NCBI GenBank assembly: GCA_964445905.1
Contig: CAYUNN010000003.1
Span: 69,312 to 133,311, forward strand
DNA: 64,000 nt
Source of the DNA: an uncultured Candidatus Saccharibacteria bacterium
GTDB lineage: Bacteria; Patescibacteriota; Minisyncoccia; Minisyncoccales; JAGGXC01
Direction: 5' to 3'
The notes under the pieces are model-generated. The model did no database searches and was not told the origin of the DNA. It saw only the letters and a program-made list of their open reading frames with translations. Below, one piece after another: positions 16,735-26,559 of this stretch. The translations under genes and the position numbers were made by a program. The number at the start of each line of letters is the position of its first letter. Within the stretch, counting starts at the first letter, position 1.

Positions 16735-18529
16735 AAATTCTATGGAGATAAGAAACATTGCCATTATTGCTCACGTTGATCACGGTAAAACAGCCCTTAC
16801 TGACGCTTTAATGCGCCAAACGGGCATGTCCGAAGTTGAAGACAGCATGGACAGCAATACTCTTGAACAGGAAAGGGGAATAACAATTTATTCAAAAAAC
16901 ACCTCTATCTATTATAAAGATACAAAAATAAATATTGTGGATACACCGGGTCATGCTGATTTTGGTTCGGAAGTAGAACGTGTTTTACGTTCAATCGATT
17001 CAGTGCTTTTGGTGGTTGATGCCCAAGAAGGACCGATGCCTCAAACAAAATTTGTTTTAAAAAAATCTCTTGATTTAGGTTTAAAGCCAATCGTGGTGAT
17101 CAATAAAATTGATAAATCGGCCGCGAGAACTGACATTGTCCAAGAAATGGTTTATGAACTTTTTCTTGATCTGAAAGCGAATGACGAACAGCTTGATTTT
17201 ACTACAATTTATGCGATTGCCAGAAATGGCATTGCAAAAAAAGATTTAGACGACGACTCTATTAATTTGAATCCTCTTTTGGAGACGATCTTAAAAGAAG
17301 TTCCGGTTGCTTCGAGAAAGGAAGCAAAGAATAGATCCTTGCGTATCCAGCCTTTTAATCTAGCCTATGATAACTTTTTAGGAAGGTTGGCCATTGGTAG
17401 AATTTATGACGGAGAAATAAAAGACACTTCTACGGTAATTATTAAAAATTCTAAGGGAGAAATTCGAGAAGGAAAAATTTCAAAGTTGTTTACTTTTGAA
17501 GGATTAAAAAGAAAAGAAATATTATCGGCGGCGGCCGGAGACATTGTGATGATTGCTGGCTTGCCGGATATATTTATTGGGGAAACTATTTGTGAAAGTG
17601 AAGATCAGGAGGCTCTTCCGATGATTAATATCGACGAACCGACAATTTCATTAAATATGTCCGTCAACAGTTCTCCTTTTGCCGGTAAAGACGGAAAATA
17701 CGTAACTAGTAGGCAAATAAGAGAAAGACTGGAAAGGGAATTAGAAGTTAACGTTGGCTTAAAAATTGATTTCTCTTTTGATAATTATTATAAAATATAT
17801 GGTAGAGGCGAGATGCACCTTGCAATTTTATTAGAAAATATGCGTCGTGAAAATTATGAAATACAAATTTCTCAGCCTCACGTAATTATCAAAGAAGAAA
17901 ACGGAATAAAGTACGAACCTTTTGAGGAAGTAATTATTACCGTTCCAGAAGAAATGTCTGGCATTATTATTAAAAAGCTTTCTCTTCGGCGTGGGAATAT
18001 GATTGAAATGGTTCCAGAGGGCGGCAGTGCGAGGATTGTGTTTGAAATTCCAACTAGAGGATTGTTAGGATATAAAAATGAATTTGTAATTGACACTCAA
18101 GGAGAAGGAATTATTTGTACCAGAGCTATTGGATTTAAGCCATATGCTGGAAAGATTGAAAGGCATAGTTTAGGATCAATGATTTCTATGGCGACCGGAA
18201 AAACTCTTGGTTTTTCCCTTTTTAATCTTCAGAACAGAGGAGCTTTATATGTAGGTCCCAGCACGGAAGTTTACGAAGGTATGGTTATTGGAAACTCATC
18301 TAAGGGGAACGATTTAGTTGTAAATCCGACCAAAGGAAAGCAGCTAACTAATATGCGGGCGTCAAAATCTGACGAAGCTATTTGTTTAACGCCACCGACA
18401 GAACTAACCCTTGAGATGGGTATGAGTATTGTGAGCGAAGATGAATATTTAGAAATTACACCAAATCATATTCGTTTAAGAAAAAAGTTTCTGACCGAGA
18501 ACGAAAGAAAGAAACAAAGAAAAGATTAG
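16727..18529 (+). CDS. typA: Translational GTPase TypA/BipA
   Basis: G1 [22 protein letters not shown] and EF-G-like domains. 600 aa, typical of BipA. Confidence 0.92.
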   Translation: MIKNSMEIRNIAIIAHVDHGKTALTDALMRQTGMSEVEDSMDSNTLEQERGITIYSKNTSIYYKDTKINIVDTPGHADFGSEVERVLRSIDSVLLVVDAQEGPMPQTKFVLKKSLDLGLKPIVVINKIDKSAARTDIVQEMVYELFLDLKANDEQLDFTTIYAIARNGIAKKDLDDDSINLNPLLETILKEVPVASRKEAKNRSLRIQPFNLAYDNFLGRLAIGRIYDGEIKDTSTVIIKNSKGEIREGKISKLFTFEGLKRKEILSAAAGDIVMIAGLPDIFIGETICESEDQEALPMINIDEPTISLNMSVNSSPFAGKDGKYVTSRQIRERLERELEVNVGLKIDFSFDNYYKIYGRGEMHLAILLENMRRENYEIQISQPHVIIKEENGIKYEPFEEVIITVPEEMSGIIIKKLSLRRGNMIEMVPEGGSARIVFEIPTRGLLGYKNEFVIDTQGEGIICTRAIGFKPYAGKIERHSLGSMISMATGKTLGFSLFNLQNRGALYVGPSTEVYEGMVIGNSSKGNDLVVNPTKGKQLTNMRASKSDEAICLTPPTELTLEMGMSIVSEDEYLEITPNHIRLRKKFLTENERKKQRKD

Positions 18530-18675
18530 CTGCTTTTATTAGTCATTATTGATTTCACATAAGACGTAGTGCCAAAGGGATCATTTTTAATAATGGTTTG
18601 TTTTGTTGTAATCAAAACTAGACAACAAGACGATATTAAAATATAATTTATATATTAAGTAAATATCTAAAATAA

Positions 18676-19536
18676 ATGGCTTGTTTTTATTATTTACGCA
18701 TGTTTAGACTTAAAGATTGGGTGCTAGGATTTTTCTGGGTTCCAATTATAGGAGCTGTTTTGGTTTCTTCTTCTCTGAGGATTATTTTTTTTGTTGCGTT
18801 AATTTCTTTTTCTACATTAGCTTATGGTTTTATTATAAATAACTACTTTGACGTAGAAATTGACAAAAAGAACAGGAATAAAATTAAAACGAAAAAAAAC
18901 CCGCTTGCTCAGGGACTTGTAACTCAAAGAGGCACTATATTTATTATTGGGTTTTTATTATTTCTTCCTCTTGTTTTAGCCATGAGAATAAACTTTGCCG
19001 GTTTCTTTTTTGTGGCAATGAGCGTCATTGCTTCTACTCTTTATTCGATAAAAAATATTCGGCTTAAAGAAAGGCCAGGAATAGATATAATTACTCACGG
19101 ACTAATGGGTGGTTTTTTTCCTTTTTTATTCGGAGTGACTTTAGCCGGAGGAACCATTGATTCGAAATTTTTACTTCTTGGATTATTGTTTTTACTTTTG
19201 AACTGCAATGGTCTTTTGTCTCATCAGATAATTGATTATGAAGAAGATTTGGGCAATACGAAAGGTACAGTAATAAAAATTGGCCGGAAGATAAGTTTTG
19301 CTTTTTTGATTTTAATTCAAATTATTTTTTTCTTTCTTTTTGCAATAATATTCAGACACCTTCTTGTTAACATATGGATTTATTCTTTATTTGTATTTTT
19401 ATTGTTCTGGATTCCCCTAGATTGTGTCAGGAGAGCCATTAAGGCGTCTAATCAATTAACGGTCAGGACTCCCAAAAGAAAGGAAATTAAAGATTTTCTT
19501 CAAAGAAAATTAAGATTAATTTTTAAATATTTTTAG
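18676..19536 (+). CDS. UbiA-family prenyltransferase (DGGGP-synthase-like), 8-9 TM
   Basis: Asp-rich motifs NNYFDVEIDKKN and IIDYEEDLGN. Polytopic membrane protein of 286 aa. Confidence 0.7.
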   Translation: MACFYYLRMFRLKDWVLGFFWVPIIGAVLVSSSLRIIFFVALISFSTLAYGFIINNYFDVEIDKKNRNKIKTKKNPLAQGLVTQRGTIFIIGFLLFLPLVLAMRINFAGFFFVAMSVIASTLYSIKNIRLKERPGIDIITHGLMGGFFPFLFGVTLAGGTIDSKFLLLGLLFLLLNCNGLLSHQIIDYEEDLGNTKGTVIKIGRKISFAFLILIQIIFFFLFAIIFRHLLVNIWIYSLFVFLLFWIPLDCVRRAIKASNQLTVRTPKRKEIKDFLQRKLRLIFKYF

Positions 19537-19655
19537 GTTCAATATTTTCTAAATCTTATCTAATATTTTTCTCAATTTAGATTAAGTCTTAATCATCTTC
19601 TCATGGAGATGATTTTTTGGTAGGATAATAAAACAAAACAAATTTTAAGATAACT

Positions 19656-20129
19656 ATGTTAAATAAAAGAAAAGGTTTTACGTTAATTGAATTATTAGTT
19701 GTTATTGCGATTATTGGTGTTTTAGCTTCTGTAGTGTTAGTCTCTTTGGGCGGAGCAAGGGCTAAAGCTAGAAATTCCAGAAGATATTCAGATATGAGAC
19801 AATTAATTACTGCTCTGGAATTATATTAGAATGAAAATGGATATTATGTTACTAGTAGTTCTTCTCTCTACGGTCTTCCTTCTATCGGAGAATATTTAAA
19901 TCCAGCTCCAACCGATCCCTTGCATCCTGACAGGGATTATATATGGATAAAAAATGATTATGATTGTTCTGCCCCGGAGTTAAAAGAGGGTGAGTGGTAT
20001 TGTGTTTTTGCAATTTTAGAAGATGTGTCCTCGAATCTTATTATAGCTAGTCCTTATGGGCTAAAAATACATTTCTTAGGTCCTGACATGGATGTGTGTC
20101 ATCAATGTTTGAGGATAGGATCTTATTAA
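19656..20129 (+). pseudogene. Type IV pilin (prepilin-type N-terminal methylation motif) interrupted by an in-frame TAG at 19827-19829
   Basis: MLNKRKG|[56 protein letters not shown]...; the stop falls where pilins have the conserved Tyr (LELYY). The same frame continues to 20129, which the track reports as a separate 69-aa ORF. Confidence 0.6.
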
Positions 20130-20256
20130 ATAGTTTTTTACATTTTTTATAAAATATTATAAAAAATTAGTATCTTATTTTTTTATTTGATATTTAATAT
20201 TGTGCTTGCTATAATTTTAATTGAATAAAAGGATTAACATAAATTAAAGTCTGAAG

Positions 20257-20664
20257 ATGAACAAAAAAATATTGACTATTGTGATAGCAGTAATTGCAAT
20301 AATAGTAATTTCTATTGCAGTTTATTTTATTCAAAATAGAGAAAATGAAACTATCGTCAATAACGGAAAAGAGACGAATGATTTCAATAACGGAGAAGAG
20401 ATGAATGATTTAGTTCAGTGCTTGGCTGACGCAGACGTGACTATATATGGCACTAAAACTTGTCCTGCTTGCGCTTCTTTTATAGGCAGCTTTGGCGGAT
20501 ACGATGCAGTAGGGCCGATTTACGTAGATTGCAATGAAGAAAGAGAGAGGTGTGGCGAGGAAATGAAAACTAATTATATCCCTGAGGTTCAAATAAAGGG
20601 AGAGCTTTACAAGGGATTAAGAAGTCCCGAGGGCATTGCAGAAGAAGTTGGATGTAAAAAATAA
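20257..20664 (+). CDS. Membrane-anchored thioredoxin-fold protein (CPAC active site)
   Basis: N-terminal TM, then ...TIYGTKTCPACASF..., a glutaredoxin/thioredoxin-like CxxC. Confidence 0.55.
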   Translation: MNKKILTIVIAVIAIIVISIAVYFIQNRENETIVNNGKETNDFNNGEEMNDLVQCLADADVTIYGTKTCPACASFIGSFGGYDAVGPIYVDCNEERERCGEEMKTNYIPEVQIKGELYKGLRSPEGIAEEVGCKK

Positions 20665-20677
20665 AAAATCGCAGAGC

Positions 20678-21817
20678 ATGTTTAAAAAAATAACAAAACT
20701 TTTTTTATTAACAGCTATCCTGTTTTTATCTTTTGGAGGAATAGTCTTTGCAGAAACAGATGTTAATGGCGAAGAAGAAAAAGTCGTTATATATTTGTTT
20801 GATGACAGATTATGTCCGGTATGTAAAGACGCAAAAGATTTTATTCAGGGGATTCAAAATGATTATCCTCAAGTCGAGCTAAGGGTTTATCCTGTAACTG
20901 ATACGGAAAAATTAAATGAAATAGCTAGGGAACACGGAATAAATGATTACAGGATAATGGCTCCCACTATTTTTATCGGTGATTACTTTTTTCAGTTTAG
21001 AGATTTTACCTCAAGAAGTGAAGAAATGATTCTCGGTGCCATTGAAGGAAAAGTAGTCAAAGAAGACTGCTGTATAATAAAGATTCCTTTTTTAAATATC
21101 GAGGTTGATATAAGCAACTGGTCCTTGCCGTTTATAGCAATGCTTCTTGGGTCTATAGATGGACTCAATGTTTGCTCCATAGGGGCACTAATTTTAATTT
21201 TATCCATTGTTCTTGTTTTTAAATCTAAAAAGAAGGTATTTTTCTTCGGGGGCCTTTTTATCTTTACTTCAGTTGTTGTTTACGGAACCCTAGTTTTTAT
21301 ATGGGGTCAGCTTTTTGAAAAATTAATTGGTCATTTAGAAATATTAAGAACAATAATCGGATTTGCTGTTTTAGGGGGAGCTATTTATTTTTTCAAAGAA
21401 TTTTATAGATTTTTTAAGTATGGGCCAACATGTAAGTCTTCAGATTCTGTCTTAATTAAAAAAGCAACAGAGAAATTACAAAAAGCATTTGAAAGAAAAG
21501 GTCAAAGCACATTGCTTCTCGTGGTGGCAGTTGTTTCCTTTGCTTTTGTTATTACTATTGTTGAGCTTCCTTGCTCCATTGGCATTCCTATTGCTTTTTC
21601 GGGAATACTTGTTGAGGCAGGAATTACATCAGCTTCTTTTTTCTTTTATATTCTTCTTTACCTTTTCTTTTATATGTTAATTGAGCTTATTATTTTTATT
21701 GGTGCGGTATTTACAAAGCAAATTTGGCTTGCTGGATCAAAGGCAATTACCTGGATTACTTTTGCTGGCTCAATGATCCTATTCTTTCTTGCATTTTATT
21801 ACTTAATTGGTTTTTAG
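20678..21817 (+). CDS. Secreted thioredoxin-like domain fused to CcdA/DsbD-like transmembrane thiol-disulfide transporter
   Basis: Signal peptide from the ATG at 20678 (MFKKITKLFLLTAILFLSFGGIVFA). CPVC motif (LCPVCKDAKDF). A C-terminal 6-TM domain has Cys in TM helices (LNVCSIGAL; ELPCSIGIP), as in CcdA/DsbD. The track ORF starts upstream at 20636. Confidence 0.5.
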   Translation: MFKKITKLFLLTAILFLSFGGIVFAETDVNGEEEKVVIYLFDDRLCPVCKDAKDFIQGIQNDYPQVELRVYPVTDTEKLNEIAREHGINDYRIMAPTIFIGDYFFQFRDFTSRSEEMILGAIEGKVVKEDCCIIKIPFLNIEVDISNWSLPFIAMLLGSIDGLNVCSIGALILILSIVLVFKSKKKVFFFGGLFIFTSVVVYGTLVFIWGQLFEKLIGHLEILRTIIGFAVLGGAIYFFKEFYRFFKYGPTCKSSDSVLIKKATEKLQKAFERKGQSTLLLVVAVVSFAFVITIVELPCSIGIPIAFSGILVEAGITSASFFFYILLYLFFYMLIELIIFIGAVFTKQIWLAGSKAITWITFAGSMILFFLAFYYLIGF

Positions 21818-21939
21818 TTTTCGGCAAAAAATTATAAAAAGATTAAGAAAACAACGTTTTCAGAAAGAGAATGTTGTTTTTTTAATTTTTAGCGAATCTT
21901 TTTCAAGCCTTCATTTTATGGTAAGATAAAATAAAAAGT

Positions 21940-22644
21940 ATGGTAGAAAAAAGTAAAAAAATAAGAGAAAGAAATTTGTATCCAGATCCTGAATTACCGC
22001 CAACCAAAGAAGATTTTAGGGAAACATTTCAATGGAAGATATTTAGGATTATGGCAGAATTTATTGATGGGTATCATTTTCTTGCTGACCTTAAAAAAAC
22101 TATTACTATTTTCGGTTCAAGTAGTTTTCTTCCTAATAATCATTATTACAAAGAATCAAGGAAACTAGGAAATCTTTTAGCTAAAAAAGGATATACCGTA
22201 ATTACTGGTGGAGGGCCAGGCATTATGGAAGCGGCTAATCGTGGTGCCTTTGAGGTAGGAGGAAAATCGGTGGGTATAAACATCCAACTTCCCGAAGGGC
22301 AGAGAATGAACACTTATATTAATAGTTCAATTGGTTTTAATCACTTCTTTACCAGAAAAGTGATGCTTTCTTTTTCTTCAGAAGCTTATGTCTTTTTTCC
22401 TGGTGGATTTGGTACTCTAGATGAATTTTTTGAAATGATTACCTTGGTTCAAACGAACAAGTTAGCAAGGAAGGTTCCTATTATTGCTGTAGGAAAAGAT
22501 TATTGGCAGTATTTATTTAAATTTCTTGAATCAGAAGTTTATTTAAAGCATAAGGCAATTAAAAAAGAAAATTTAGACATATTCCAATTGGTTGACTCTG
22601 CGGAAGACGTAATGGGAAAAATTACAGCCAAGAAGAAAAGATAG
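21940..22644 (+). CDS. LOG-family (TIGR00730) Rossmann-fold nucleotide-binding protein
   Basis: ...VITGGGPGIMEAANRGA... GGGxGxMxA signature and the PGGFGTLDE motif. Confidence 0.8.
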   Translation: MVEKSKKIRERNLYPDPELPPTKEDFRETFQWKIFRIMAEFIDGYHFLADLKKTITIFGSSSFLPNNHYYKESRKLGNLLAKKGYTVITGGGPGIMEAANRGAFEVGGKSVGINIQLPEGQRMNTYINSSIGFNHFFTRKVMLSFSSEAYVFFPGGFGTLDEFFEMITLVQTNKLARKVPIIAVGKDYWQYLFKFLESEVYLKHKAIKKENLDIFQLVDSAEDVMGKITAKKKR

Positions 22645-22733
22645 TTTTTAAAATGATCGTTCTTGGTTTTTTCTTTGCTTGCGATCAGAATTTAAATTTT
22701 TGAAGTGAGCACAAAGATAATAAAAATTAAGAT

Positions 22734-25382
22734 ATGCAAAATTTAAACAGGAATTGGCATAATTTAGAAATAAAAGAGGTTTTAAAAACTCTTAATGTTG
22801 GTTTTGAAACAGGATTATTGGAAAAAGAAGTAATTAAAAGAAGGAAAGCTTATGGGTCCAATGAATTACCTGAAGAAAAACGCCTGTCTAAACTTCAAAT
22901 ATTTTTAGAGCAATTTAAAAGTCCTTTGATTTATGTTTTAGTTGTTGCTGGTTCCGTAACTCTATTTTTGCATGATTATACCGATACTATTATTATTTAC
23001 GGTGCCGTTTTGCTTAATGTTTTTATCGGATTTTTTCAAGAGAATAAAACATCAAAAACCTTACAAGAATTGAAAAAGGTAGTTAAATATACGGCAGAAG
23101 TTAGAAGAGATGGTAATTTTGAAATAGTAGATTCTTCTGAATTAGTTCCCGGAGATATTATCGTTTTAAATCCAGGGGACAAAGTACCTGCCGATGCGCG
23201 TGTTTTAAAAAGTCACGAACTAAAAATTAATGAAATGGCTTTAACCGGAGAATGGTTGTCATCAACAAAAGAAAAAGGGATTTTAGAAGAAGACACGCCC
23301 TTAGCAGACAGAGAGAATATGGTTTATATGGGAACTATAGCAGAAGAAGGAAAAGCCATGGCAGTAGTTGTTGCTACCGGTATCAATACTGAGATTGGCA
23401 GAATAGCTGGAACATTAAGAGGGGTCAAGGAAGAAAAAACATCGTATCAGAAAAAACTAGCCAGATTTGCTAAAGTGCTTGGAAGTATTATTGTTTTTAT
23501 TTCTTTCTTTATTTTTTTATTCGGCATAATTGGAGAAAGAGAGTTCGTTGAAATGTTTACTATTACGGTAGCTTTGGCGGTAGCAGCAATTCCCGAAGGA
23601 CTCCCGGTTGCCACAACAGTAGTTTTTACTTTCGGAATGAGAGAGATTCTTAAAAAGAAAGGACTGGTTAAAAAATTAGTGGCTGCTGAAACTCTTGGTA
23701 GCACTTCAGTGATTTGTGCAGATAAAACAGGAACATTAACAGAAGGCAAAATGGAGGTGGCAAAAATCTTTTCTCCTTATGAAATTCTTTATTATAAAAA
23801 TTCTCAAGATAAAGCTCATATTTTAGCTCTGAAGATTTCTGCCTTGAATAGCGAAGCATTTATAGAGAATGTTAATAAGCCTATTGAAAAGTGGGTTGCA
23901 AGAGGAAGGCCTACAGACAGAGCGTTGCTAGTTGCTGCCACTCAAGCAGGAATTAATAAGAAAGAAATAGAATCAAAGGAATTAAAAATTGACGAGATTT
24001 TATTTAAATCTAAAAATAAATATTCAGCAACTCTTTATCAATCTCAGGAAAAAGATAAGTTTCTTTATCTAATGGGAGCTCCGGAAATAATCTTAGAAAA
24101 ATCGAAATTTTTCCAATTTAAAGATGAAAAGAAAAAAATTGATTCGGAAAGTCTTAAAAAATTACGGGAAAAATACATCGAGCTAATGTCCCAAGGATTT
24201 AGGGTAATAGCTGTTTCTTATAAAAAGGATAATGAGATAGGAGATAAATTAAGCGAAGAGAATTTAGAGGACGTAGTTTTTGTCGGCCTTATTGCCTTAC
24301 ATGATCCTATTAGAAAAGAAACTCATAATGCTATTAATACTTGTCGTGAGGCTGGAATGAGACCCATTATTATTACTGGCGATCATAAGCTAACAGCTAA
24401 AGCTGTAGCTGAAAAAATAGGATTTAAGGTAGAGGAGAAAAATATTTTAGAAGGGAAAGAACTAGAAAAGCTTTCTGATGAAGAATTTCAAAAGATTTTA
24501 AAAGATATTCATATTTATGCAAGAATCGCCCCGGAACAAAAATTAAGAATTGTTCAGGCGTGGCAAGAGGCTGGTGAAGTAGTGGCTATGACTGGGGATG
24601 GGGTCAATGACGCCCCTGCTCTTAGAAAGGCTAATATTGGTGTAGCCTTGGGTTCAGGCACAGAAGTAGCAAAAGAAGCGTCTGACTTAACGCTTCTTTC
24701 AGACGATTTTGGAGTAATTATTGTTGCGATAGAAGAGGGCAGAAGAATTATTGACAATATTAGAAAAATTATTACTTATTTGCTGGCGGGCGGATTTGGT
24801 GAAATAATGTTAGTTTCTTTAGCCGTTATTTTCCAAATGCCTTTGCCTGTTTTAGCAGGGCAGATTTTATGGAAAAATCTTATCGAAAGTACACCGCCAG
24901 CGATGGCCTTGACCTTTGAAGAAAAAGAAAAAGATATTATGAAAAGAAAGCCAGAACCACTGCATCTTCCCTTATTTACAGGAGAGATGAAAGCTTTAAC
25001 TTTGATTATTGGAGTGGGAACGGGCATTATTCGTTTTGGTTTATTTTTATGGCTTTTAAGGATAGGGATTCCCATAGATCAAATTCGTACTATAATTTTT
25101 GCTAGCCTGGCAATTGATTCATTTTTATTTATTTTTTCTTGTCGTAGTTTAAGAAGGAATATTTGGCATTATAATCCATTTTCCAATATCCATGTCCTCT
25201 TTACCATATTAATAGCTTTCTTTGTTTTGCTAGCAAGTATTTATTTGCCGCCATTACAGCACGTTTTACAAACAGCTCCCCTGGGAATTTTTGGCTGGCT
25301 GGTAGTTTTCGGTTTTGGTTTGCTTGTTTTTGCATCAATTGAACTTGCAAAATACTGGTTTATAGTAAAACATAAGGTTTAG
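22734..25382 (+). CDS. Cation-transporting P-type ATPase (Ca2+/Mg2+-type, P2)
   Basis: Phosphorylation site ICADKTGTLT, hinge MTGDGVNDAPAL and TGE motif. 10 TM. 882 aa. Confidence 0.9.
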   Translation: MQNLNRNWHNLEIKEVLKTLNVGFETGLLEKEVIKRRKAYGSNELPEEKRLSKLQIFLEQFKSPLIYVLVVAGSVTLFLHDYTDTIIIYGAVLLNVFIGFFQENKTSKTLQELKKVVKYTAEVRRDGNFEIVDSSELVPGDIIVLNPGDKVPADARVLKSHELKINEMALTGEWLSSTKEKGILEEDTPLADRENMVYMGTIAEEGKAMAVVVATGINTEIGRIAGTLRGVKEEKTSYQKKLARFAKVLGSIIVFISFFIFLFGIIGEREFVEMFTITVALAVAAIPEGLPVATTVVFTFGMREILKKKGLVKKLVAAETLGSTSVICADKTGTLTEGKMEVAKIFSPYEILYYKNSQDKAHILALKISALNSEAFIENVNKPIEKWVARGRPTDRALLVAATQAGINKKEIESKELKIDEILFKSKNKYSATLYQSQEKDKFLYLMGAPEIILEKSKFFQFKDEKKKIDSESLKKLREKYIELMSQGFRVIAVSYKKDNEIGDKLSEENLEDVVFVGLIALHDPIRKETHNAINTCREAGMRPIIITGDHKLTAKAVAEKIGFKVEEKNILEGKELEKLSDEEFQKILKDIHIYARIAPEQKLRIVQAWQEAGEVVAMTGDGVNDAPALRKANIGVALGSGTEVAKEASDLTLLSDDFGVIIVAIEEGRRIIDNIRKIITYLLAGGFGEIMLVSLAVIFQMPLPVLAGQILWKNLIESTPPAMALTFEEKEKDIMKRKPEPLHLPLFTGEMKALTLIIGVGTGIIRFGLFLWLLRIGIPIDQIRTIIFASLAIDSFLFIFSCRSLRRNIWHYNPFSNIHVLFTILIAFFVLLASIYLPPLQHVLQTAPLGIFGWLVVFGFGLLVFASIELAKYWFIVKHKV

Positions 25383-25734
25383 CATTCTTTTGTTTTTTAA
25401 TCAGAGAAAGCGGTATTTTAAAATCATTGACATATTTTTAACTAAAAACATATTAATAGCAAGTTCTTAATATTAATAGGGTTGCTTATATTAATTATCT
25501 TTTAATACGGATAAGGAAAAGCCTAAATTAGAAAATAAAGAAAAATTGGCGCTGACAAGGCGCTTTTGTATTTATTGCACTAAACCCTGTTGACATTATT
25601 TTAATAATGATATACACTTGTTTCTAGTGTAAGCAAGCTTTTCTTATCTTTTCCTTCTAAAAATAGGTAGGCCAAAAGATAGAATAAAGTTCATTTAGGT
25701 CGGCTTACCTTACAATTTAAAATTTATTCAGAAA

Positions 25735-25995
25735 ATGGAAAACAAATTGTTTGTTGGTAATATGCCATATAATACCAACGAAGAAGCTTTGAAAGAGTTG
25801 TTTTCCCAAGCAGGAACCGTTGAATCTGTAAGTATTATTACAGACAGAAATTCTGGCAGATCAAAAGGTTTCGGTTTTGTGGAAATGTCAACTGAGGAAG
25901 AAGCAAAAAAAGCTATAGAGATATTAAATGAAAAAGATTTCGAAGGAAGAAATCTTGTAGTTAATATAGCTCGTCCTCGTAAAGAAAGAAGCTAA
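25735..25995 (+). CDS. RRM-domain RNA-binding protein
   Basis: RNP2 KLFVGNM and RNP1 KGFGFVEM. 86 aa. Preceded by a 350-bp AT-rich leader. Confidence 0.8.
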   Translation: MENKLFVGNMPYNTNEEALKELFSQAGTVESVSIITDRNSGRSKGFGFVEMSTEEEAKKAIEILNEKDFEGRNLVVNIARPRKERS

Positions 25996-26002
25996 ATCAA
26001 AA

Positions 26003-26041
26003 AGCAAAGCTCCTCTGACAAAGAGGAGCTTTTGCTTTTTA
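26003..26041 (+). terminator. Rho-independent terminator
   Basis: gcaaagctcctct-gaca-agaggagcttttgc followed by ttttt. Confidence 0.6.
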
Positions 26042-26091
26042 AAGTTGACAAATTGTCTATTTTTTATAATAAAGGAAGAGGAGGATAAAAA

Positions 26092-26391
26092 ATGAGTAAC
26101 TTAAAAATTAAATATCCAAAAATGGGAGAACATATATTATTCAGTTTAAGCAGGTTAAATTCACCAGAAAGAGGGATGTCAATATCAAGTAATATTTATT
26201 TCCGCACCCACCCGGGCCTTAGAAAAAGAATTAAAAAAACAATAAGTGATTTATGTCAAAAGGGATTTGTTTATCTTAAAGATGGAAGAATTTTTATTAC
26301 TCAAAAAGGCAATAATTTTTTGTCAAGAAAACAGTGCAACGCTGATGAAATTGCAGATGGAGCAGCAGAGGAATTAGTTATTTCAAAATAA
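26092..26391 (+). CDS. Hypothetical protein (99 aa)
   Basis: Strong RBS aggaagaggaggat 8 nt upstream. No family. Confidence 0.45.
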   Translation: MSNLKIKYPKMGEHILFSLSRLNSPERGMSISSNIYFRTHPGLRKRIKKTISDLCQKGFVYLKDGRIFITQKGNNFLSRKQCNADEIADGAAEELVISK

Positions 26392-26407
26392 TCGAAAGAT
26401 GTAATAT

Positions 26408-26444
26408 ACGAGGTTTAAATTTAAAAACCTCGTTCTATTTATTT
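26408..26444 (+). terminator. Rho-independent terminator
   Basis: acgaggttt-aaatttaa-aaacctcgt then tctatttattt. Confidence 0.5.
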
Positions 26445-26559
26445 AAAAAAATATTTTTATCTTGAAATTCAGAATTTAACCGATAAAATTATAATATTTT
26501 TCTTTAAATGTTATAATAAATAATTGCTTTAGTTATATTTTTTTTGATAGCAGATAAAT

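Noticed and set aside
19656-20129. Possibility that in-frame TAG (pilin) or TGA (TasA-like gene) reflect an alternative genetic code
   Set aside because: All conserved genes (EF-Tu, EF-G, ribosomal proteins, TypA ending in TAG, many ending in TGA/TAA) read through cleanly only under code 11. The isolated events are better explained as a point mutation and a frameshift.
21489-21680. 63-aa ORF (LLLLLLLL-rich) inside the CcdA-like membrane domain
   Set aside because: Alternate frame of the hydrophobic TM-encoding region.
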